A program made the position numbers and the translations under genes. A stretch of DNA of 64,000 bases from Camelus ferus (taxonomy: Eukaryota), in assembly GCF_009834535.1 (NCBI RefSeq), contig NC_045697.1:25978001-26042000 (forward strand). Reading direction: 5' to 3'. The notes under the pieces are model-generated. The model was not told where the DNA came from, ran no database searches, and saw nothing but the letters and a program-made list of their open reading frames with translations. This document shows positions 14,701 through 26,700 of this stretch, piece by piece. Numbering within the stretch: position 1 is the first letter of the stretch; every line of letters begins with the position of its first letter.

Positions 14701-17700
14701 TATATAGATAGATGGAGAGCCCCTCTGCTGTTCTTCCTCCTCTCCTCCACCTCCTCTTCCTCCTCCTCCACTTATCACCCTCCATGTGCGCCATGTAGTC
14801 TTCCACACATTTCATGCACATTAACTCACTGAATCCTCAAAACAACCCTATTAGGTCAGTTCAATTACTAAATACCCCTTTCCTTATACTCTGCCCACAG
14901 GCACAAACTGGTTGATTGACTTTCCCAAGATTGCGCACATACTTAGCACCAGAGCAGGGGGTAAAACCCCAGGGACTCAGTGAGGGAAGCTACCCTCTCA
15001 TCTACTCCACAAACTGCCTCTCTGCACCTGGTATAGGCTTGAAACATCTATGTCCATTTTTCAAATGTATCAGGGTGCAGCAGAGGGCCTACCTTCTGAT
15101 ACATATATGCACGATAAATGTGAGTGAATGGAGGTGAAACTGTTTTTTTTGAAACCATGAAGCTGATTCCTGATGAATTTCCTGAGCTGATGGTGTTGAG
15201 CATCCACAGAAAATAGGCATACATGCTAGAAATCCTTTTCACTAAAACAAATAAATGTGTTTTAGCCCAGGAGAAATATTTTTAAACTATACAAGCCAGG
15301 CATTGATAGAACAAAAAGATCTTCAAAATTCCTCAGCGCTCATCTATAAAATTAAATAAACAGCTAATACAGAGTTTCTAGTAAACCATATCAACCACTT
15401 TCTTTTTAAAAATCAAACACTGTGTCAAGAAATCAAGGTAAGATACCAAGGGGAAAAAAAATCCAGTTGAGGGGAAAAACAGAAACCAAAATTGGGATGC
15501 TAGTATTCAGCTCTCCACGGAGGTTTAACAAGTATCAATCTCTCCTTTCATGAACACTAAATTGAGAAGAAAAGGAAAAATACAGATCAGTCTTCATAAC
15601 CGGAGGCTAGAAGAACTTCAAATCCTGAAAACCTGAACTGACAATTTGAAGCCTCTGTAACTCTCTGAAGGACTTGAATGCAGTTTATTCCCTGACTTTT
15701 TCCTTTGTTTTTAATCATTCTGCTCTGTGGCTGTCCTGACAAGCACTAATGGAGTGATGCAATCCAGATGCTTGCTGTTCAGAGGCAAAGGTGACAATCA
15801 CACTTTCATCTCTAAATCTTTCCAAATAATTCAATTTTTCCTGTGCTCAACAGGAGTGCCACCACTGTAGAATCTTGACAGAGAAAAGGAAAAAAAAAAA
15901 AAAAAAAAAACAACAGAACCCCCCCCCAGAACTTTGTTTCTTAGTAGTTCAACTTTCTCTTCTTCATTTTAAAATAAGCTCTTTCTGAACAAAATGTGTT
16001 TGATGTCACCAATTATATATTTTTATATGCAGGTCCAAAACAAAATATTAACAAGCCAGCTGTGCTTTTACACTGGTCGTAATGTGATTAGAGAAATGTC
16101 CATTTATTCAACAAATATTTATCACATGACTACCATGTGTGGCTACTGTTTGAGGCACAAAAGATTTGATAACCCTAAATAAACCAGAAAATGCTGATGC
16201 CTCATTGAGCTTTCCCACCAGAGGGAGAGAGAAATCAGTCAATGAAGGAGGGATCATCTTTATGGGGTAAGTGCTGTGATGGAAATAAACAGGATACTAC
16301 GAAAGAGGAGCTCTGGCAGTGGGTGCGTGCTTCAGTGGGTCTCTGAGGAGGCCTCTCAGTCTAGCTGGCAATGAACTGATCCCTGGGAGTTGAGGTGCAG
16401 TCTGACTTGGGAAAGGGCCCTCCTGGCAGAGTAAATGGCAGTTGCAAAGGTCCCAAAGAGGCAGAAAAGAACGTGGCCTATTGCAGGGCCAGACAGGAAG
16501 CAGCACAGCCAGGCATGTGGCACAGGAAGGAAGGATATGAGATCGAAGGGGGAAGGTACAGGAAGGCCTTTTAGGTCATAATAAGAAACGGGTTCAATTC
16601 TGTAATGGGAAGCTACTGTACTTGAGGGATGGAAATAAACGATCCGATTTACATTTTCAACAATCATTAAGTCTGCAGTTGGGAGAACGTTATGAAGAGA
16701 AGCTATGGAAAACAAAGGCCAATAAGGGGGGTATTACGGCCCAGGCAGGACATGATGGCGGCGGGGCTGGGAAGACATTAGTGAAGATGGAGAGTAACGA
16801 ATGGATTCGTGGTCTATTTTGAGTTTGAAATGACAGCCCTTGCTGACACCTTTGATGGTCTTCATTTCTGCCACCCAATAATACCTTGCCAGGAGATAAT
16901 TTTCCAATTAAACCATTTCTGTGCACTGCACAGCCAAAGTACAAAAGTTCAATTTCATCTTACTTAAAACAGAATGTTCCAAAATGAGAAAACATCCCTG
17001 GTTAAATTAGATATACAGAGAATGCACTAGTTTCTGTTTTTTGAAATAAATTTTAACAACAATGAAAATAATCCATAGTCAATTTATAGAAGATAAAAAG
17101 GAAAGAATGATTTAGTTACAAGTTTAAAACATTAACTCAGTCCTCAGGTGATTAAGAAAAACAGTCTATTTAAGGAAATATTAAAGCAAACTGGTTAAGT
17201 CTATAAATATAAACAGAATTGCCAAAAAAGTAAATAAAAGCTTATTTTAGCCTGCAGAGTACTTATGATACATTAAGAAGCTTGAAGAAGAAAAGCTTAT
17301 ATTTCAAATTTCTTATTTCATCTTTGTATAAGTGGTTTGAAGGGTGGGTCTAAGCTACTCCACAATTTAGAAGAAACAGTCTAGAAAACTTGTACATTTC
17401 AGAAAACTTACTAACAAGTACATTACTTTCCTTATTATCTAATTATTTTAATAACTGCTATAGTCAATTCACAGATCATTCTATTATTTCCCCCCCCCCC
17501 TTTTTTTAAGTTAAGGTACTGGGGGCTGAACCCAGGACCTTGTACACACTCTACCACTGAGCTGTATCCCTCTCCCCTATTTTTTTCCTCATGAACCCTC
17601 AAATTTTGACTGCTTAAGGGTTAAATACTGTTAAGGCGCAACGGAAGATAAGAAAATCTCTGTAAAATTCATCACTTAATATTGGTGAGGCTGAGTAAAG

Positions 17701-20700
17701 GAAGACATTAAAAACCATTTGCCGAAAGAACCAAAAACATCTAAACTCAAAGAATAAAAGTGCTCTGCCATCTAGTGTCACTGGACCAGGACATCACACT
17801 ATGACTAAAGCCAAAGTTTTGCAATAATCATTATCACACAAATCAGATGTAAAACTCCGCTTCATGCCACCTTCCTCCCAGGTGCTCACATGAAATAAGC
17901 AGAATACTAACTACCTCACAGAGCTTTTATGAGGATTACAATTAATAAACATAAAATACCTAAAGCAATGCCTTACACATAGTACATGCTCATTAAAGGA
18001 CAGCTACAGGTTATATGAAAATCTAATAAAGTATAGTTAATCCCAGTATAATTCTGCTTAGGGATATAATTTTGGGGGAAATAAAGTCTTCAACTGAAAT
18101 AATCACTTCAAATGCACAAGGACCAGGATTAAGACTCTAACGTGAGATTTTCATCCTTTAATCGAGTAAGGTAGCTGGACTATACCACCTAGGGAATTAA
18201 CACCAGGCCCCTGAGCCTCTGAGCACTCACCACCAATTGGTCATCAACAGCTCAATCTCTCTTAAACTCTTTGTTCTGGGAAGACAGATCTCATTATTCT
18301 CTGCCTGTGTTTCTAAAATTAGTTCAAATGTATGTGGCACAAGCATGAGGCCCGTGTCTTACTCATTTTTGCATTCCTAATGCCTGGCACGTGTCTGACA
18401 CAAGGAGCTAGACAGACAGAGGGATAAATGCCTACGAGGACTCTGCTCAGACTACTGCCGTAAACCTAGAACAGGTCATTAAATCAAGTGAATTCCCATC
18501 ATTTTTTGACACCATACATCAGGTTTATTTTCCTTACACAGAAACACACCCCTATCACCAAAACAAACTGAACCACTCAATACCACTTAGTACTCTGACA
18601 GAACACGTACTGAAAAGAACTGCCAGTTCTTCCTACATGTTGACATTTTTCTGTACTGTCTCCCCAGTTAAAGTGTCTGTCCCCAAAGGAAAGCGGCTGG
18701 GTTTCACATTTCTTTGGAATAACCCTTAAATCCTGAAAGAGAATTTGTTGGCCCTAAGGTAGATGTCAATGAATTCTGCTGAGAACTCACTGAGCATTCC
18801 AGCCAGGTGGTAAATCTTTGCTGCAGTCCACGAAATCCTATCTATGCCTGGGAGTATTTATAATCCTCAAAAAAAATTTCTCTACTGCAAGATTAAATCT
18901 AACATCTTAAGGGAAAAAAAAATCAACATTTAACCCTAATTGTTTTGATAATGAAATAAAGTTTCATCAGATAACAAAATCTCAAAGGAGCGGAAAGGAT
19001 ACCTTCAAGCAGTTTTTTCTCTGAAGAGAGTTTAGAAGCAGCAGCAGGGGCCTGATATAAAAAGTCACAGAGGAACGTGGACTGGGAGGATTCCTGATTT
19101 AATCCACCTTCGGAATGAATGTCATGTTGAGGGAAATCTAGAAAAAGGACAAAAATAATACATCTGAAATCAAAAATGTGAACAATTTCCCCTTTGCTTA
19201 TGAATATGCAGGTGAGTTGAGGTTGAAGAAAAACTACGTCAAGTATACCATGCATTAAATATACAGAAGTATTTATTTTACTTCGCATAAAACTTGCAAA
19301 TAGGCACTTCAGTTGTGTTTACTGCTCCTATGTGAAAACTGGATTTAATTTCAGAGAAAGTGATTACATGGGATTAACTATTTTCATCTTCCATTTATAA
19401 GATCAAAGACACATAAAAGATTTATTTCCTAAAGTCTTCCTTGAAAGGAGACAAAACATAGGTCTTAAGCATCTTCCATCTTTTTGGTAATCATACTATT
19501 TTTTCACTCTGATGATTTTTGTGATTTAAGAAATAAACAGATTTATGCTTCAGTCCTTTTAGGGATGTATCAGGAAAGACCAGGAAGGCAAAGGAATAGG
19601 GACTCACCTGAGAATTTGTTATGATAGAGAAATTCCATCTGCAGACTCTGCCCCGCCTTCTTGGCCAGCAGATAGGGAGTGCTGTACTCAGGGTCACCTG
19701 TTGCACACATGACATCTGCTCCACTGAACAGCAAAGCCATTGTTTCCAGAACATCTGGTTTGACCACAGCAGCACACAGAGCCTGGCCATCAACAGAAAA
19801 TGCAACTTTTAAAGGAAGAAAATACGATCCTAGCTACTAAAATGAGTGAGAGTCTGCCAATCCATTTATGAGATGTTTGTATTCCTTTTGAACAAAGAAA
19901 TCTAATACTAATTATGCTCTGAATTAAAGCAACAGACACAGAAGGCCTACTGTGTATGAATTTAAATTACAACCCAGGATCTCCAAGGCTCAATTTGTTG
20001 TTTTGCTGCTGTGATGTTCCCAATCTTCAAATCCATCTTATTGCCATGGAAGGGATTCTGGTGCTTGCATACTATGATAATGCCTGATGCTCAGAAAATT
20101 CAAAATATTTCAGATGTAGTAACGAAATACCCACTCTATGTTTTGTTTTGCCATATGAATGGTATATGCATGTATGTTTGTATCTATTTTCCAGCCTAAT
20201 CAGCTTCAGAGGAATCTTTAAATTATTGCTGTTATTTGGGGCTTGAAAAATGATTATAAATTCAGGATCTTTCCTTTTGGGAGAGGGTATGGGTAGGGGA
20301 GAAACAGCAAGCGAGACACACTAGAACATGCCTGACACGTTACACAGCAGAGCTGTACTGACAGTGACACTCCTTGTACCTGATTTGTTTGTTTGTTTTG
20401 TCTTGAAATAATAAGATACCTTTTCATCTCTTCCCATCCCGTCCTCCTGCTTCCTCACTTTATTGGCTTCCCACTTGCTTCTAAACTCCGATTTCATACC
20501 CTGATTCCATCTGAATTCTTACCCTTGGGTTCACCTTTTACCTCCTTCCTGACATGGTGCACTTGGAGTGATCACTAGCTAATTTGCTCTCTGTAATACA
20601 ACCTCTGGACAATCACTCACTGATGATCCCAAAGGGCAGCTCAGAGCAGTGTACAACCAAGAAGTCCCAGGACACAATCACAGCTCTAGCCTGGAGGGGA

Positions 20701-23700
20701 TACTATTTAAAAAAGTACTTATCTTTTCTCCATGGTCAAGATGACCTCTAGCATTTCCTTCACATTAGAATGAATAAGCCTGAATTCTTGTACCTGACTT
20801 TGTGCTAATTTGCTAGGTGATCTTGGGCCATCCCTTCTCTCTGGATCTTATTTTTTCCACATCTGCAAAATGAGGATGTTGGAAAATGTAACAGCTAACA
20901 TCCATCCATTGTGATAGCCTTTGACTGCCCTCACAATCTAATCATATGTGTTTCCTGGTATTTTCTCTCTCATTACTCTATTCTTTTTCTTCACAGCATG
21001 CCGCACTTGCTATATTTATTGGCACTAAGCTGTTTATGGTCAGTCTCCCCTACACAAGATCACTCTAATGAATAAAAGAAGGACATCTACTTTTTACTAC
21101 AAGTATATCCTTAGCACCTAAAATGAATTCAGCACTTAGTAAGTATGCAATAAATGTCTATTCACCAAGAACACTCAACGGGGAAAGGACAGGCTCTTCA
21201 ACAAATGATGTTGGGAAACTGAGTAAGTACGTGCAGAAAATGAAACTGGTGCCCTCTTACACCAATCGCAGAAATTAACTGGAAATGTATTAGACTTAAA
21301 CATAAGACCAGATACCGTAAAGCTTTAGAAGAAAACGTAAGTGGTAANNNNNNNNNNNNNNNNNNNNNNNNNNNNNNNNNNNNNNNNNNNNNNNNNNNNN
21401 NNNNNNNNNNNNNNNNNNNNNNNNNNNNNNNNNNNNNNNNNNNNNNNNNNNNNNNNNNNNNNNNNNNNNNNNNNNNNNGAAAAGGCAACCTACAGCATAA
21501 GGGAAAATCCCTGCACACGGTACATTGAATAAAGGGCTAACAACCAAAATATATACACTCATATAACTCAATTAAAAACAAATAAACAATCCAATTAAAG
21601 AACAGGCAGAGAAACTAAATACATATCTGTTTTCCAAAGAAGACATCCAAGTGTACAACGGGTACATGGAAAGATGTTTAACATCACTAATCATCAGGAA
21701 AATGCAAATAAAAACCACAGAAAGATACTGTTTCCACTTGTTAGAATGGCTGTCATCAAGAAGACAAGATTTAACAAGTGCTGATAAGGACATGGAGAAA
21801 AGGGAACCCTTGTTGAACTGTTAGTGGGAATATAAATTGATTCAGCCACTATCAAAAACAGTGTAAAGGTTCCACAAAAAAATAAAAATACAACTATCAT
21901 ACGATCCAGCAATCCCACTTCTGGTATATGTACAAAGGAAATGAAAACAGGATATCGAAAAGGCATCTGTATTCTCATATTTATTACAGCATTATTCACC
22001 ATAGCCAAGACATGGAAACAACCTAAGAGTCCATCAGTGAGAGANNNNNNNNNNNNNNNNNNNNNNNNNNNNNNNNNNNNNNNNNNNNNNNNNNNNNNNN
22101 NNNNNNNNNNNNNNNNNNNNNNNNNNNNNNNNNNNNNNNNNNNNNNNNNNNNNNNNNNNNNNNNNNNNNNNNNNNNTTCAGAAAGAAAGGAATCCTACCA
22201 TTTGCAACAACATATGTATAATTTACATATAACACTGTGTAAGTTTAAGGTGTTCATCCTGCTGATTTGATACATTTATATATTACAATATGAACACCAC
22301 TGTAGTTTTAGCTAACACCTCTATCACATTACATAAGTATCATTTCTTTTTTGTGGCAAGAACATTTCAGATCTAGTCTCTTAGCAATTTGAAGTATATA
22401 ATACAGTATTGTTGACTATAATCACTCTATCGTGCATTAGATCTCCAGAACTTATTTATCTACTAGTTGTAAGTTTGTATCCTTAAACAATATCTCCCCA
22501 ATTCTCCCACCTCCCAGCCCCTGGTACCCATCATTCTACTCTCTGTTTCTACAAGTTTGGCTTTTCAGATTCCACATATATTATGTTATGTTTCACTGGT
22601 TACCTTATTTAATTCTTCTTTGGTGAGAGATGCCAAAAATGTTTTTCTGAATCTTCCTTCTTTGTACTTCTGAGTGATAAAGGTTTTTCTCTTTTCTACT
22701 GGTGAGTCCATGTGTAATTCTTCATCTTTCTGAAGATTACCAGCCCAAAAGTCATTTGCTCTTTTGTTTCCAATGACAATAAAAAGCTGAATTATCAAAA
22801 ATTATAAAACACATCAGCTCATAAAATGCATTTGAATCTGCAGGAAACTGACTCACATTACAAATTAAAATGTAGCTAGTAGAATATATGCAAAAAGACA
22901 AGAAAGACCCAACTCTTTTAGGAAGATGGAGTGTGAAAGCAGATACTATTTCTATTTTAAATATAGTCTAGATGCTCTTAATAATGGTAAAAGATTAGCT
23001 AGGAAAGAAATTGCAAGCAATGCAAATTGCAGCAAAAGCATTATTACTTTTCAAAGCTAGCTCACATTGAGACAGAGTAATTTAAAATGACTTAGTAGGT
23101 GGGCTAATGTGGTTGATAGTGGCATCGAAATCTTAGCAGAGAATGGATGCAGGAGACAGCAAGTTAGACACGATCGCAGTTAATGACAGAGTGTGGCCGT
23201 GATAGAGAACAGTCAATTTTGCCAAAAGTTTTCATTCACTTTTCTGATATTTTATCCATGCTGGCTTAAAAAAGAAAGTAAATTCTGGCTTTAAAAAGAG
23301 CTGCCAAGCCTTTAAAAGTAGTTATTACTATGAAAGCTTCTTTTATTTTATTTTTTTATTTTTAAAATAACTATCTCATTTAGGAAGCATTGTTAAAGCA
23401 GAAAGTTACTACTATTAAACAGGCTATAAGCCATTTTTATAATGTGGTGAGAACTTGATCAGAGAGCTCCTATAGTAACAACATCACCCCACTGCACACC
23501 CCCTCCCGGGCCTCTGCTGACCACCAGTCAGGTTGGACGTACCTCAATGAGTTCGTTGCTCCAAATGCTGGCATCCATTTTCAGACTCCTAACCTTGGAA
23601 TCTTTTGGTCCTAAAGATCTGTGTTGCCCTGAAGTAAAAAAACAGTTGTATTTCTATTTTACTTTGTATATAGATGTATTTTACCTTAAAAAAAGGTGTA

Positions 23701-26700
23701 TATGTATGTGTACATGTATGTGTGGATTAATGTATCTTTTCCACTTAAACCAATACCTACTTTCCACCTTACAGCAGTGGTAGTAATCATACAAAAATTG
23801 TAACCAACCATCATGAAGACAACAGTAACCGCCTTCATCACCATGTGTTGGTATGAAACTACACTTTTAAAAGTGTGTATGCATGCGTGTGTGTGGGTAT
23901 GCTCGTGTATATACATACATATATATATAGAGAGAGAGAATTTTTTCATTGTTTGGTAACTAACTAGAAATTGTAGTTAACTGAAGACATTTTATAATGG
24001 GACTATGTAAGTTACATATATATATGAATACAGATATTATCCCTTTACTCTTAAACAAAAACTAGCTTCAACTCTAATCAATGTGTACTTAAAAATCTGA
24101 AGTATATTCTTTATTGTACTGTTATGCTTGGAAGAGAGTAACAGCCCAGCAACCTATGATCATCAATTTAATTCTGCTGTATAGATCATCATTCAGCCAT
24201 TACTGGGCACCCAGGCATATGTCAGACTCCTTTTCTCTAAGCTGAGAAGGAAACAAGATACAAAAGACATCACCATCAATCTTAAGGAACTTTTGCCTGA
24301 TAAACATGAGAAAGCTCATTCCTCTCTCTACATTAGGTAGGTTCCTTACCTCCCTTCTTTGAGACAGAAACTACTCAGAGCACAAAGCCCTGGAATTTGA
24401 ACAGGTTTGCATTTATGGATGCTCAAGTTTCTTGTATAAAATAGCCATAATAATTGCATATAATTTACACACATCCTCCAGGTATTTTTAATTATTCCTA
24501 GATTACTTAAAACACCTAATTAAACAATGTAAATATTATGTAAATAGTTGCCATTGTGAGGCAAATCCAAGTTTTGCTTCTTGGAACTTTCAGAAATGTT
24601 TTTTCCAAATATTTTTGACCCACAGTTGGTTGAATCCAAGGATGGGGAACCCGTGGATATGAAGGACCAACTATACTCACATAAAGAGTGAGTAAGTGAT
24701 GGGGTGAGGATCATAAGAGAGGAAAGAAAGGGAGCTTAAGTAGAAAGAATAGCCTTGGGCAACACAAAGGCTCTCTCTTCCAATGAGAGCGAAGAGGAGA
24801 AAAGGTTAGGGAAAAATACAAAGTTGGGGAGGACTAACTGATGCTTCGAGTTGTTACTGATGCTGCTGATGTTGTTAATTAGCTCATGAGGACATCTTTC
24901 TTACGATGAGAAATGGGGTAGCACAGAGCTCTAGAAGAGTCTTAAGGGTTTGAAGCAACTGTCTTGTCTTTGCTCTGAGGCAGGAGCTCATCCTCTGTAT
25001 TCTCTCAATGAAGCCTGCGCTCAACTCTGTTCTTGCCTTTACCATATCCTGTCTTATAGATCTTTTCGTCTTGTCTTATAGATCTTTTTTAATTCCCAGG
25101 GCCACCACAGTACCAGATAGTGCTGCAAAGCTGAAGTAAAGTTTAGATTGTAGCTAACTTCCTCCAAGATGCCCAAAATCACATACCTAAGCTGGGGTCC
25201 ACTCCCCCCACTCAAGTGGACAACTGTCTGTAAGGTGTAAGGTCATAATAAGAAAAGTAATCATAGTACTGGTTACTTTCATCAACTTCAATATACCTAG
25301 AAAATGCTTCTGTATAAAAATTCTCATCATAAGAGATACCAGACTTTGTGTAACAAGATTAGAACACAGAGCAGCCTTGATGTAAAAAATAGGTCTTACA
25401 AAACACGATTGGGGAAAAAGGGCTAAATCATACAAACAGCCAGTGTTTTCAGGGTGCTTCCTGAAACACATTCACCTCAGTTCTAAAAACTTCAACATGT
25501 CTTTTTAAAATCCATACATAGACCAGTAGGCACACACACAAAAATGATTACATGCTTAAAAATCAATTTTTATATCTAAGTCATGCATAAGAGAAGTTTA
25601 GAATGGTATTTCTAAGTTTGATTTAAATGTAATAAGCTTTCTCTGTTTCTCTTTTTCCCAGCCATTAGCTGGGACACATTATACGTGACAATAAAGAGCA
25701 CTCAGTGCCAATCGGCCACCCAACAGTGATGAGCATAAAACTTATCACTAATTACCTGCACACTTCTTACAGATGACAACACAGAGATTGATGGATGCCC
25801 AGTCCGGATCTGGGGCTTTACAATCTGCACAGCTCCTGTTGGACTCATTGAACCAAATCTTCTCGGCTACTTCATAATCAGAGAGAGTTTCTGCTATCGA
25901 TTGCTGCACAGCTTCAATCCACTCTTGTTTCTCTTTTTCAGACTCGGCTGTAAAGCTGAAACAATTAACGTTTCTGCATTATCGATCTCCCTCGTAAAGG
26001 CCAATTAAGCAGCCTGTTCAGTTTGCATATTCATTTCACTCACAAAGTAAATAGCAGCTGAAAAATATGCCTTCCAGGCAGTTGGATAGTCTTTCCTGCT
26101 AAAAATCATCTCGTTGAAAAAGCTGGGTTTTTTTCCTTTAACTTTCTACACTGCTTATGACTTTGTTTACATTATCTTGAACCAAAATTAACATAAACAT
26201 TTTTCTGACCAGGATATAAAAATTGCCTTGTTAGGTCAAAAACTTAAGAGAGGCCGTGTTTCCTAAGCCATAGTTACATGATAATCGTTAAGACACTGGC
26301 AGAGCTTCAGGACTCTTAGATTATTCTGCCAAGAAAGTATGCCATAGTCTGAAGCTACATTATTAAAAACACCCACTAGAAATTGTGGGGTTTTTTCAGT
26401 CTTAAAAATAGATTCTTTTTTTTTTTTAATTAGCAGAATGTCCAGATGGCTTTAAGAAACTGAGAAATCAAGAAAGTTTTAAGTGATTACTATGCTAACA
26501 GAATTCTAACTCATTTTTAGCCATGTTCTGATTTATTCTAATTCTTAGTGTTTACTGGGTGCCTGAGAAAAGGAATAAAACATTAAAACATCAGTTCACT
26601 CCTTCAAGAAATATTTACTGAGTACCTACAAATGTAGCAGGAAGTGCACTACAGTTAGGGCTTCCAAACTCAGTGAACCACAAAATGATGCTTCACATTG

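Larger units (their letters stand above)
21165..22215 (+). mobile_element. L1 (L1MA/MB-type) ORF2 C-terminal region, degraded, containing two N gaps
   Basis: ggggaaaggacaggctcttcaacaaatgatgttgggaaact; tttccaaagaagacatccaa; cagcaatcccacttctggtatat; gcattattcaccatagccaaga. Confidence 0.93.

Noticed and set aside
14548-14808. 86-aa ORF with poly-Gly/Glu
   Set aside because: Produced by the (CCT)n tract read in reverse
17501-17577. Possible tRNA gene
   Set aside because: A and B boxes are present, but there is no anticodon arm or acceptor stem and it ends in an A tail; it is a SINE
19207-19219. Plus-strand CAG|GTGAGT sharing a 13-mer (atgcaggtgagtt) with 49123-49135
   Set aside because: No convincing upstream + strand acceptor; one shared 13-mer built on a consensus motif is weak evidence
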